Assembly: GCA_051362555.1 (NCBI GenBank) | Contig: CM120640.1 | Coordinates: forward strand, 47,470,788-47,534,787 | Direction of reading: 5' to 3' | DNA from: Lingula anatina | Lineage: Eukaryota; Animalia; Brachiopoda | Length of the DNA: 64,000 bases | Part shown: positions 38,857-60,890 of the stretch, piece by piece | Position numbering within the stretch: the first letter of the stretch is position 1 | How the letters are laid out: each line of letters opens with the position of its first letter | Notes under the pieces: model-generated | Told to the model about the DNA's origin: nothing | Seen by the model: only the letters and a program-made list of their open reading frames with translations | Database searches by the model: none | Made by a program: the position numbers and the translations under genes

Positions 38857-41800
38857 ATGGCGGCAGAAAGTTCTTGGGCCGTCCTTCCTAGCATAATAAT
38901 TGTTCAGATTTTGGCATATTTGACACCGTCAGACAGGCTCAAAGCATCAGCAACGTGTAGACGGTGGCGGAGTTGCCTTTTTGAATCTCAGTTATGGGAA
39001 AGCATCACGTTTGACTTCACAAATGGGAATGCAGAAGGCGCAAAATTTCTGACGCAGAAATGTAGCTCATTTGTGACATATGCTAGAGCCAAACTTAGCT
39101 TTTGCACTGTAGATTACGTGCTCAATGCAACAAGGCTGCTTTCGAGATTATCTAGAAACAGGAGACTCCGACGATTAGCCATTCAACCCAAGAGCAATTA
39201 TGTTGAATGGTTAGAAACGTCGGAAACGCAGGACAAGTACGTCGAAGCAGATTTTTTGCCTGTTTATTCAGTTGAAAAGATTTTTCTCTTCGTTTTTTGT
39301 AGTCGGCTTGTAATATATGTGACTAGAGACATTTTAAGCAAATGTCAGTATGTACATCTGTCTTTGAGCATTAAGCGTTGTGTTGAGTGAAGTCTGAACT
39401 GATAAATGTATATTTTAAGATTATTGCTTGTACAGTATTTTGCAGTTATTTACGGCAAATAACTTTTCCTATCTTTTTCCAGTTTTGTTGATGCCCTGAT
39501 TGCAGTCACAAAACATGCTAGGAAGCTAGAACATCTTTCGTTAGGCTGTATCCAAGAACTGACTGACTACGCCGACACTTTCATTGCTGTTTTGTCACAG
39601 CACGAAGCCAGTAAACTTAGAGCTCTTCATTTAGAGAGTGTAAAGGAAGACCCAGATGATTATGGTCTAATTGAGCTGCCCCTTACTAAGTTAAATCTGT
39701 TGCACAATCTTCAAGTCCTGGGCATTGATTTTGATCACCTCAGTAACTCTTTGCTTGAAGGCTTCATTGACAATCATAAGGCCAAACTAGAAAAGCTCAT
39801 TGTCAATGTTCATGGGATCCATCCTGCTCAAGAACAAGTCAGAAATCACACATGGTGGCGTTTAACTCAACACAGTCCCAAGTTACGAGTCACACTGAAT
39901 CTCATCCACTCAGCTGATGGTGTGGAGCAGCTCATGAATATTCTCAAACCAGATATACCCCTTGCCATTTTGCGTCTTTTCTTTTGCACAACAATCAATG
40001 CCCATGCCATTGATTTCATTTCAAAACATCACTGTGAGACCTTTGAGAATTTGTATGTTGTTGAGGGATTGGATGATGGAAACCCTAATACCTATGAGGA
40101 TCAGATTGATGATGGGAACATATTGGTGATGTTGGCCTGGAGGTGTAAAGTGTTGAAAAATATCACCTTTATAGGTTTGTGTTTTCATCATCCTTTTGTC
40201 ATCACCTTTTGATTTTTGTTTTGATGATATGATTTATAGGACAGTATATGCAATTTTATCTGTTGTTACTGAATTCATTTTCCAATATTGCCTAATACTT
40301 TAAAAGCATGGGTCAGTCATATTGATTCGTCTTCTGTTGGATTTTTTAAGCATTTCATTATCATTGGTTGAACCGTTCTATTGAAAAAAGAAACACTTTA
40401 GTGATATATAATCTGATTTAATCCTACTTTCAGGATACTTGGTGGAGAGTGAAGATCTGGCATGCATAGCAAGACTGCGAGGTCCAGGCCTGGAAACCCT
40501 TCAGGTTCCAGAATCATGCATTGGGACAGTGCCACGTGTAGAACCAGCTGAAGATGAGGACATCGAGGTGGAAGATGTGCTCACTTTGGAGGAATTAACA
40601 CATGATGTTAGTGTGCTATTTTTATGCATGGCATTTGAGGTGAAATTTATAGTATTTGTTGAATGTCATGCAGATGTCTTGTTCTTAGTGTAAGTTATTG
40701 TGAGCAAAAATTTGCAGATAGAGTGAGATGAATTTGAGATCAACATATATGAACTTTACCCAGACAATATTTAAGTTTTTCTTGTATGAAATGCATGGGG
40801 TTGTCTTTCTTAAAACTCCCTGTGATTGTGATTTTATTATTATACATGCATTTTTCTTTTTTACCTCCGCCAAGGAGGTTGTTTTCACCCCGTTTGTCTT
40901 GTCTGTCTTTCTGTTTGTATGTCATCAACATAACTCAAAATAATAATAAAATAAAATAATAATCAATCAATAATCAAAAATTAAGTTATGGACCGATTTT
41001 GATGAAATTTTCAGGAACTTTCAGAAGTGGGCCAAGGAACTGATGATTAGTTTTTGGTGGTGATCCAGATCAGTAATCAATCAATAATCAAAAATATCGA
41101 AAATTTAGGGGTGAAACGGCATTGGATGGAGACTTTGCTGCCTTGGTGGAGGTCTGCGCTCTCTGAGTGCTTTTCTGGTTTCATATGTTATTATTAGTTA
41201 CAGATTTCTTTGAAATCACTGTTTTTTCTTATTAATATGTAAGATCATTATACAGTAAAGTCTTGAAAATTTCGTCCTTCTTGAAAATTTCGTCGACAGA
41301 CGATTTTCCGCCGAGGTAATTTTTTTCCCTTTGAAAACTTCGTCGACCTTGAAAATGAGGTACTCAATAATTTTTGAGAAGTTCGTCACCAAATATGGCC
41401 GCGTTGTCCAGCTCAAATATGAAGGTAATGCGTCAGTTGATTTAAGACAATGATACGATCAGGATCTCATTGCCGATAACACTCTCAATGGGAGATAGGA
41501 ACAATAGTGCGCCCCTGCGAGCGGTTGCTCACAATATAGGTGGTTAACATGTGAATTCCCGTTCTTAATTGCGGGAACGTCGGCCTTTTGTCTAAATAGT
41601 TTTATTACTATTACCTGGCTCAAGGTGCGTTATCAAGCCGGCAAATACAGTAGAAGGCACAGGCCGCGGCTTTGTCATTTGTAACGCCGTTATTGTTATC
41701 GGCGGCTGTCCTAAATGAGGAAGACACAATGAAAAAATCAAGATATTATCTCGAAGGGACATGTACCCGTCACTTCTATTCATGTCCATGTTCAATCTAG

Positions 41801-43801
41801 GACCATTTAACGATTGCCTGCCTCGTACATGGAGATCGTTCGCAATGCGAATGGGACAAGATGGCAATTTTCATATCTTCAGCGGAGAATCTTGCGCGTA
41901 ATATCATCAAGAGATCGTTCGCAATCCAAACGAGACGAGAAGATAATTTTCTTATTTGTAACGGACTCTGTTCACGTAAGATCATCAGCGGGAGATCGTT
42001 TGCGATTTGAGAGAGACGATAAGGCAATCTTCATATCTTCACTGGGAGATCGTCCGCGATGTAAGCGAGAATAAAATGCACTTTTCATATTAGTTCAATC
42101 TAAGATCTAATGGTATATTAGATCTTAGGTTCAATGGAACTTCGTTCGTGGAAGATCGCCAGCAGGAGATCATTATTTTAACCCCCCTCCCCCTTTGAAT
42201 TTTGTAAATAACATATTTTTCATTTTATCTTCAACCCCCCTGCTCCCGCTCACGGCATATCTTCAGCAGAGAATCGTCCGCGAAAGATCGTCAGAGGGAG
42301 ATCGTTCGCGATCCGAGCGAGACGAAAAGGCAATTTTCATGTCATCATCGGGAGATTGTTCGCGATATAAGCAAGAATGAAATGCAATTTTCAAAATAGT
42401 TCAAGGAACTTAGTTTGCAAAAGATCGTCAGCGTGAGACCAGTATTCTAACCCTCCCCCTTTGAATTTTATAAATAATATATATTTTTCATTTTATCTTT
42501 AACCCCCCCTTCCCCGCTCACGGCATATCTTCGGCGGATAATTGTTCGCGTAAGATCATCAGCGCGAGATCCTTTGCGATGTATGCAAGAATGAAATGCA
42601 ATTTTTATATTAGTTCAATGGATTTAGGGAACTTCGTTCGCGGAAGATCGTCAGCGGAAAATCATTATTGATCTCCTCCCCCCCCCCCACACACACACAC
42701 ATACACACACACACACACACACACAGTGACACACACTTGGGATTTAAAAAATTCATTTTCATTTTATCTTTAATCAGCCCGCCCTCCCTCGCTCACGGTA
42801 TATCTTGGGCGGAGAATCGTTCGCGTAATATCCTCAGGACTTTGTTCGCGGATCCTAGCTTGACGTAAAGGCAATTTTCATATCATCGTCGGGAGATTGT
42901 TCGTGATGTAAGCAATAATAAAATGCAGTTTTCATATTAGTTCAAGGAACTTAGTTTGCAAAAGATCGTCAGCGGCTGATCATAATTCTAACCCTCCCCC
43001 GTTGAATATTATAAATAATATATATTTTTAAGTTTATTTTTAACCCACCTTCCCCGCTCACGGCATACATGTATCGGCGAAGAATCGTTTGCGTAATATC
43101 GCCAGGACTTTGTTCGCGTAAGATCATCAGAGGGAGATCGTTCGCAATCCGAGCGAGACGAAAAGGCAATTTTCTTATCATCATCGGGAGATCGTTCGCG
43201 ATGTAAGCAATAATAAAATGCAGTTTTCATTATAATTCAAGGAACTTAAATTGCGGAAGATCGTCAGCGGGAGCAATTATTTAAACTCCCTGTAAATTTT
43301 TAGGAAGTTACAGATGGTAATTTTAGAAGGCCTGACACTCAATCCTGGGAAAAGCCCTGCATGCAACAAACGTTGCCAAGTGCGTATTTTTTTTAAAATA
43401 TGTCGCGTCCAGGTTATGATGCAAGGAGGCAATTAGGCTTATCTTGATCCTTCTCCTCTATCAGAAGGTATATTTCTTACCGAGAAGATATTTTCTGGTA
43501 CAGTAAGTTAAACTTAATCGAGATGCAGTAATAAATAGATTATTATTTACCACCAAAAAACGACTTAGGAAGTAGTAATAAATATCCCACAATATAGGAG
43601 GGTCAAAGATAACAGACGCTAAGGATAAAAGCCAAAAGGCCGGATTTTTGAAAATTTCGTCATACCCAGGAGTCGGGGAGAGGTAATTTTGAAAAATTAG
43701 TCGGATTTACACAATTAAAAATATTAATTAATTTTTAAGCGACGAAATTTTCAAGACTTTACCGTAAATTATCAAACAGTTGATACTTTAATTCTTTTGA
43801 T

Positions 43802-43832
<31 letters not shown>

Positions 43833-43971
43833 TTTTTTGTAGGTATCTCACCACCTCCAGCGTCCCTGGAAAGCACTGTCAGATGGTGACGTTCCTGCAG
43901 CAGTTATTGATGAGGAGGCAGATGCTGAGCAAGCATATCTCCCCCTCTTGCTTCAGGACCAGCAATGGTAA
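38857..43971 (+). CDS. FBXO33: F-box only protein 33 (F-box plus LRR-like region)
   Basis: Exons 38857-39236, 39483-40174, 40434-40606, 43843-43971 join in frame. F-box LPSIIIVQILAYLTPSDRLKASATCRRWRSCLF..LW, FLTQKC..FV, LVMLAWRC, IARLRG..L..L.V.E..I and VS..L..PW match FBXO33 as recalled. Confidence 0.88.
40861..41180 (+). mobile_element. Short Helentron-associated HINE/DINE-1-like element
   Basis: 5' TTACCTCCGCCAAGGAGGT, then a GTCT-like microsatellite; 3' CCTTGGTGGAGGT (inverted subterminal repeat, 41141-41153), hairpin GCGCTCTCTGAGTGC and TTTTCTGGTT. Inserted after a T-run. Confidence 0.8.
41253..43764. mobile_element. Non-autonomous Tc1/mariner(pogo)-type element with an internal tandem array of about 270 bp
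   Basis: TA|CAGTAAAGTCTTGAAAATTTCGTC ... GACGAAATTTTCAAGACTTTACCG|TA (24-bp TIR, one mismatch, TA TSD). CpG-rich interior with about 5 repeat units (41830-43270). No transposase ORF. Confidence 0.85.
43800..43833. repeat. (TTTA)n microsatellite adjoining the FBXO33 last acceptor
   Basis: ATTT tetranucleotide run directly before TTTTTTGTAG. Confidence 0.9.
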
Positions 43972-46900
43972 TTACCACCACCTCTTCCACTAGAACATAT
44001 TTCAAAAGAACTGAAATGACCCTGTAGCAGATGTTTGATTGCCATCAGCCAACTGAAGACAAAGATTCCTCCAATGACATCCCAACCAGCTCAACTTGGG
44101 GAAATCTCAAGTTTTTTACATATTTACAGTAACATTGGAAGCCATCTTTTTTTCCTCAAAGCCATCCCTGCCAACCTCAAACTTGAGGATTGCCTATTTC
44201 TGTTATTATTTCCAATTGTAGTGATTATTATTGTGGTAGCTAATCAGCCAAGCCATGCCATAGACACATTACCATGACACTGGTGTAAAGAAGTCAAGAT
44301 CAAAAGGTTGTGATAATACCTGACCTCCATCTGTGCCAATACTTTATGTAATATTACATTTTAATCGCCACTTACACCAAAGAGGAGGACAGTCATTTAC
44401 TGCCCTTAAAACAGGTGTGATATGTATATAGTGGAAATGTAAATCTTGGAACACAGAGAGTAGAGAAATTGGAACATGAAAGCTAGCTTGAACTTGAGTG
44501 GAAGAGATTTGGTTATTTATGGATGCCTCACACAAAAGATAAGCAAGCAGTACACTAATGAAGAGGATAATAAGTGAGATGATGTTTTTATGTGAAATCT
44601 GAATGACATCCACACAGCATCTTACCAAATGCAGCTGAATATTTTATACCTAGCTAAGTTATTAAGAACTTCATCAAATTAAGAAAATTTATGAGGTGGT
44701 TTTAAAGGAAGTTGAATCTTGTGTAAGCAAAATTTTGTCACCATCAAAACAACAAGTGCCACTTAGGTTGATTTCTTTATTATTTGAAAGATATGGTTAA
44801 TTCCACGATATTGGATTTCAGAACAAGGGCATGTGTATCCAGTTTAACTTTCTTGATTTAAATTGGATTTTTAACATACCAACAACTGTGATGAGCCATG
44901 TATATATCATATGCCAAGAAAATGTAAAGAATTATGATGTGGATCCACAATCTTGCTTGTCTCGCTCAATATCTGTGATTAGCAAAATGTTTGGTTACCA
45001 TATTAGTATAACATTCCCAGAGTCAGTCATCTATGTAGGGTCCAAGCATTTTTGTGTCATGTTGAATTTAATTTAAAAAGGTACTTCATTGACTCATTGA
45101 ATAGCTACGTGTAGACTGATACTGCAAGTTTTCGTTATCATTTTATCTCTGCACATTAGAAACTTGTGATATGATACGTGGTGATTTGTGATAGAACCAT
45201 ACAGTGTGTTTGAATGCCATAATGTGCCAGTATGTTCATTACACAGTGTGTTATGATAATGTGCTGCAGTTTAAATTTGATTTGTTTTTATCTTTTGAGG
45301 CAAGCAAGATAAGAAACAAAATGCCATGTATACCAAAGATGTGCGAAAGCTATAAGGCATAGATAGAAGGAAACAACTCAAAATGGCCAGGTGTAAAAAC
45401 ATTTCACAGTTCTTAAGAGTGCCCATATTGGGTGAACGGTTAAATATTCTATTTATAGTGTTTACTTATTTTATGTATTTCATCATTTTTATGGTTGTTG
45501 TTGATATAGGTGTCATATTTGTAATAATACTAAGTTGTTATATAATATATGCATGTTTGATAAATATAGTATGATAATGTTTATTAGATAACAGATTAGT
45601 TCTGCTGTACTGTAGAAGCAGCAGTTTCTTACTCAAATGTTAATCAAGATCGTAAACGACCTCTATAAAATCCCTTTTTAAGTGCAGTTATGTACCTTTG
45701 AGTTATGGTGCTAGGAGTCCAGTCATACCAGTGAAAGATACACTATATACAATTTGCTCAAACTGCTAACTAGGTTTCTGGTTATACTAATTCACATGAC
45801 AGTGGAGTTGAATCTTGTTTGAAAAAATGTTTCATTTAGCACTGTTTAGATTAGATGGTTGAGGTTTGAAATGTATGTGGTATTTGTTAAGTAGGTAGTT
45901 TTTAACTCCAATCAAATTTGATATTGTTATAGGTTTATGTGTGTTTCAGAGATATATATCTTAGTGTGTACTTCAGCATGTACTCATGTAAAAATTTACA
46001 CTGAAACATCTTACACAAAGGACAAATGGCTTGAAGAGAAATGTGAAAAGATGGACATGGCGTGTATGCCCATATACATATATACATATATGCACAAATT
46101 CCCAAGATCACAATGCTCAGGAAGTGAATTAGATTGAAATACAGGAGATACATACAGAAAGACTTACATTGTGCATGTAAACCTGTGGATGATATAAAGA
46201 ACACAGTTGACATGTATTCTGTTGAAAGACTGGCTACAACAACCTCAGGATGAAGTCACATTATTTATAAAATCCAGTACCATGTTTCTGCCTCATTGTT
46301 ACAGGAGAAAGTGAAACAGTTTCTCAGTATTTATTGAATGCTATATCGTCCTTCCCACCTGGTTACTGCAGAAGCATCCAGCAAGCCAAGTGATTCAGAA
46401 ATACTGGTGCAATGGTTAATTTGACATGGCTCTAGAAATACAATCTCAAAGAGACTTAATCTAATAATTTAAATCAAAAAGAGATGCTTCCGTCAACTCT
46501 CTGTCAGGAGTGATTCATTTAACAAAGGAAAATGATCCATCAAAAGTATTCATTCATTACATCCAATTACAAGTGCCACTGTTGTTTTAATAGATTGCAT
46601 TGGTGAAATTCAAATGTGATCACTTTTTCAAGACTGGGATAACAACTGGTTCTATGCTTTGTAGGTTAGAAAAAGTGTCCTGGCAGGTCCAACACTTTAT
46701 TTACCATCACATATGCCCTTGCAGAAAGAGAGAAAGAGCAAAAGGAAATATGTTGCAATCATCAAAAGGACAAAAATTGACATTGGCTTTAGACTTAAGA
46801 ACTTTGAAGTCTAGTCTGCAAAAATGTGATTCATAATCAAGCACCATGCAAGGCATTTATATATATATATGTTAAAGATAGAGAAACTTCCACCTAACCG

Positions 46901-49214
46901 CAGGAGATATTATTTTTATATGTTTTATTGTTCAGAGGTTACCACTGCAAAGTCCAAGGAAGAACCCAACTGTGATAACATCTAAGGAAAAAAGACTTGT
47001 AAATAGATGTAAAAACAAACAAACAAACAAAAGCATGTACAAACTGAAGAACAAGCATCATTGCCATGGATGCCAAATGTTTGAAAATCCCAGTGCCACA
47101 GAAGCCATGGATGAGAGACGTGAATGTTATAATGAACTTGTCTCCCATGACCTTGCTTTAGGTGGACCATGTGTCTTACAAACCATTCATGTCTAGTCAT
47201 ATGCACATGGAACAGAATGTTGTACATCGTCTTCATAAATCCCAACACATCTGAATTTAAAGCTGCTTAGTGCTTTGTATGACATGGTGTTATGGACTTC
47301 TTGGAGTACATATACAAATGCAGCAGGGTTAAAGTAAAGCTGGCACTGTACACCTAGCTGGTTTACTTTTATGTAACGTCTGATGTTTTGTGGTGTGATT
47401 ATATCTATACTGAGGTGGGGCTTTAAGATGAAAAAAGTGATTGGGAATTGTTTTAAGTGTGACATTTTTGGGAGTTCACTGTTTTAGAATGGTTATGCAG
47501 TATTGTTTAGTGGGACGATTTAGTTTGAATTGATTACTTCAGATCTGTGCTGTGTTATATCTTTGTCGACTTTAATACAAATGTAAAATGGAAATTTTGT
47601 CAACTTTGAAGAAAGTGCCTGAGTATGTTTTAGTATGAGTTGTTTGTTTTATTTACATGATCATGGTAAATCGTTCAGCCTTTGCCTTAAGACCAGTGCT
47701 AGCTTGCAGAAACAATAAAGACCTATCTTCCATTCCATCACTGAAGATTTCATGCTCAGAGCCTATCAAAGAAATTTCACCAAGGAACTGCTTTAAAGGA
47801 AGACTGTAACTGTGATGGTAGAATCTTGATTGTTGTGGTGCTAATATTTATGTGTGTATATCTGTGGTAAAGGGGCAGACTTGAAATACATACTGTTTCC
47901 ACATTGTGTCAGGGATATGTTCAACTGAAGGATAGACCGAAAATTATAGCGATATATGATCATTTGACAGAAATAGCTAATAAGTTAATGTGTGGAAGAG
48001 GAAGAACTTTTTTTCTTTTTAATTAATTCTGATGTAATATCCTTTTTGAAAAATTTCACTTTTCGTTCAGTTGTATGAAAGCTTTTTAAATTCTTTTGTT
48101 TTTTCTATTACTCTTGTTATTTTCTGCTAAACAACATACTAGAGTTAATGTCCGTATGAAAATTAATATGGCAAAATAACATGTATCTATGAATTTTGGT
48201 TCTTTTTCACACAATTTCAAATATTTAGAGTCTATTCTCCATATGTATTTCCTCTGAACTGAGCGAGAAAGTGAACAAAATGTCTTAATGAAGTACTCTT
48301 AAAGTACTAAAATTGTCTTCTATTTTCATTTTTTCACTGAATGATCCACCAGTAACCAATATTTAGACGATTCTCTTTCTGTTTGTCTACTTACAATTTA
48401 TATTTCACGAGCTGTTTTAATAGAGAATCATTCATCAATTCTAGTTTCTTTTAGGATTAGGATTTCCTTTCTAATGCATTGTAATTGTTTGTGTTCTAAG
48501 TGGAAATTGATTTTTCAGTTTTTGATCCTATTAGATAATTGATAATGTGTTGACAAATTGTTGGATTGCATTATGTCTATACTTTGAAAGTTTGAACCAA
48601 AAATTTGGGGGGTTATGGGGGTAGTGGTGGTCACTTTTTTGCTGATTGAAAAATTTCGATCATTTTTTCAAAGTTAAGAATACTGAGAAAGGCGGGGGTG
48701 GGGGGGTAGTAAGCTATAAGAAATAATTATCTACATCAAGAACAGATTAAAATTTGAAACCAAAATTAAGCAGAACATTTCTCATAAAGCACATTGCTTT
48801 ATATTTTTGGAGGTACTTTATAATAGCCCAAGTAATAGGTTGTATTGCAGTAACAAAGTCATATGGTGAAACCCTGTTTTATGAATATGAATACAGTGCA
48901 TCCATCATTTGTAACAAAGCATTGTCTTTGTAGACTTGCTGTCAAGTAGTGTTTTACATATTGGAGTTGATTTTTAAGTGGAGATTAATTAAAGCTGTTT
49001 ATCATGTATGGAAAATAAAGTTATGAAAATAGCACTGGTGCGTTCTTTCTATATTTCAGTTTCACTTTTACTAAATAAACTTTAAAATGTATTTAAAGTC
49101 AAATTTTTGTCACAAAACCTGACTAGAGGCCATCACATTGTTTCAAACAGTATAATTTGGAGAAATGTCAAAGGGCATTATTTTATATTTCCTGAAAAAA
49201 TTACATTTTATGGG

Positions 49215-49246
<32 letters not shown>

Positions 49247-50109
49247 GTGCTTGTTTTAACTTCCCGCAGTCTCTGTTGAATAAGTATGTAATTTTATGTG
49301 CAGCTATAAATGGGAGTGAGAGTGATGGTTGTGCAATGTGCTGTCAGTACTAGGTCACTTATACATCTACAACTTAAATTAGGCACTGGAAGGATGGATA
49401 AATAAGTCAATTTACTACCAAATATTTGAAGAAGATGCAGTTTTGAAGCTATTTTTTGCAGAAAGAGGAAGTAATTTGGTTTATGATTTGGCATGTTGAT
49501 TTTATGTCAGTCTTAAAAGAAACTTGTGGAAGTGGTTATGTATAATTACTCAGAATCCACCCTTGCTTTGTATGTACCTTTAAGGTTAAAGGCATGATTG
49601 AAATTTAAAAGTGAAAGGGCTATGAAAGGTTTTGGGCAAAGAATGCAAGCAATATTTTCCTAGAGTCCTAAGCAACTCCCTGTTGCTGACCATGTTGAGT
49701 TCCAGATTTAAACTGCTTTCTTAAGATCACTATTTATTTGTGCCTAAGCCAATGTAACTGGTTGTGTGCATTCCAGGCATTTTCACTTAACAGTAATAAG
49801 CAATTTTGAAAAAAAGTCATTGTTAACCAATACACAAAGTATTAGACAGTGTGCCTACTTGCAGAAATGTCGTAACAAAGAATTAATTAAAAATAAATTT
49901 TAAAAAATTTTAATCAATTTGAGTCAAAAAATCAACAGTATGGTTTATCAGACAGACGTCTATCCTATCAAAACGTTTCCAACATGTGGACAGCATTTTT
50001 AACTATCCATAATATTGTCACAGTACATAACAAGCAGTGTATGGCTTGTGTTAAATGTATTTTCTGTTCAGATGCATTCAAAGTCCTCTTAGTTTCAAAT
50101 CACCACACT

Positions 50110-50278
50110 TCAACCTGGGTGGCGCTGCAATCGCGTAGGCGTGTCTCCTTCAGCCAATAAACGTTAAGTAGGTTTGGTTGACAGAACATAAACATATCGC
50201 GCACGCTGGTGTAGCATCAGAAAAAGCTTACGGCAAGAGTTGACAGAGGTCGGTCATTTCATTCACACAAACCGCACG
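50110..50278 (+). promoter_or_regulatory. PAH proximal promoter/5'UTR
   Basis: Local CpG enrichment, GC-box-like GGGTGGCG (about 50117) and CCAAT (50154-50158) upstream of the ATG at 50279. Confidence 0.5.
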
Positions 50279-59158
<8,880 letters not shown>

Positions 59159-59182
59159 ACAAGCCACTACAAACAAAGACCA

Positions 59183-59183
<1 letters not shown>

Positions 59184-59241
<58 letters not shown>

Positions 59242-59527
59242 TTCATGTAAAGTTGTGTTTTGCATTTTACAGGAAAAAAACTGATATTTCTGATGGAAAA
59301 TAATGAATGTAAGACCATCTCTTGCGTCGATGAAATATGTTTTTGAGTCTATAATACCATTACATTCTTACCTACATGTATATCACATTTTTAGAGTAGC
59401 CATACCTTATCAAGTTTCAGTATTATTAATAGAAAACAGATTTTATCCCCTCTGATTTGCTAATATTCTTTATATATCATAAAACTCATTCATCCTCAGA
59501 TTTATATAATAACAGATATTTATAAAA

Positions 59528-59604
<77 letters not shown>
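59184..59604. repeat. Two (TA)n microsatellites (59184-59238, 59530-59604) downstream of the PAH stop
   Basis: Perfect TA runs. Confidence 0.95.
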
Positions 59605-59608
<4 letters not shown>

Positions 59609-60110
59609 CATTTTGCAAAAAAAACTAATGTCAGACATAGAGTATTTACACCATTAGTGTTCTAATTTGCACAAAAAGTAACACACAATGGCTATTTTGT
59701 AAAATAAGGTAGTTATTATACATATAAAAAATTAGAAAATACACAAAAAGGCCAAAATGCCTGAATTAGATGCACAAACATATAATATTACGCACATGCA
59801 CAGAGACAAGCACACACAAACAGAGAGAGAGAGAGAAATGTACATGATAAAGAATGGTCGTGTGTACTGATTCAAAATGTTTTATGTAATATTTTGATAC
59901 ATAGGGTTAAAGGGTTGTTGTTTTTTATGACATATGTGTTGCAGGGTGTTTTAAGTGTTCCTATTTACATTGATGTCTCAGTATCCAAGAACTAAACAGC
60001 AAATGTAAACTATACATTGGGTTATTTGAACATAAATTTAAATATGAGTGATTATAAAACATACATTTATCATGTGGGGATTAAATTATATAGGATTCTG
60101 TGAGCCACAG

Positions 60111-60326
60111 GGGCCCGTTTCACGTAGCAGTAGTTAGTTAGCGATCGGTAGTTAGCCTGTCGCTAGTTATGAGTGCCATTTCACGAAGCAGTCGCTAGTT
60201 CTTTACGACTGAATGAGTTAACTACTGCTTCCTGAAACACCCCTCGAAAATCACTAAGTTTGCTCGTTAGCGAGATAGTTCAGTAGTTAGTTGTTCTAAC
60301 TAACTACTGCTTCGTGAAGCCGGCCC
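60111..60326. mobile_element. PIF/Harbinger-like MITE
   Basis: CAG|GGGCCCGTTTCACGTAGCAGTAGTTAGTTAG ... CTAACTAACTACTGCTTCGTGAAGCCGGCCC|CAG. 3-bp CAG TSD; internal copies of the TTCACGAAGCAGT motif. Confidence 0.85.
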
Positions 60327-60615
60327 CAGATCTTTTACTGTTTTCTTGTAGAAATGAAAATACAAAAAAAAACAAAATGAAAGTAAGAAATTGTATTGAC
60401 TGAAAGATTTTTAATTGGTTTTTTCATCTTATAATTGTGTCCTGAAGGCAGCTAGCGTACATGGTGTTCCAGAATTATTCCTGATTGATTGTGAACAACA
60501 TTTTGCATATGCGCCAATTAATCATTATATACTACTTTTAACTTAAAAGGTTCTCTAATAATAAACATGTTGTGGAGCAGTCTACCATCATTGTACATTT
60601 TATATATTTTTTGGG

Positions 60616-60616
<1 letters not shown>

Positions 60617-60656
<40 letters not shown>

Positions 60657-60841
60657 ATGTAATTAAATATTTTGAACCCTTAACAATATGTGCTGAATTA
60701 TTAGTTCAGACTAAGCATCAACCCTCTATTTTCTGAGAACTTTTGTCAGACTGCATAATAAGTGTTAATAGATTGAAGTAATATCTTTTTGAAGTTATAC
60801 AATTGCATGTGCAGAAGCATGAGGTTATTCAATAATCAGTA

Positions 60842-60889
<48 letters not shown>
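60617..60889. repeat. (ATT)n (60617-60655) and (TA)n (60846-60889) microsatellites
   Basis: Perfect short tandem runs. Confidence 0.9.

Positions 60890-60890
<1 letters not shown>

Noticed and set aside
41592-43230. Cluster of short Arg/Ser-rich ORFs
   Set aside because: They are translations of the tandem repeat inside the TIR element, with no DDE or HTH motifs.
38857-43971. Identity as the circadian FBXL3/FBXL21
   Set aside because: Motifs DRLKASATC..W..CLF, MLAWRC and IARLRG match FBXO33 better as recalled.
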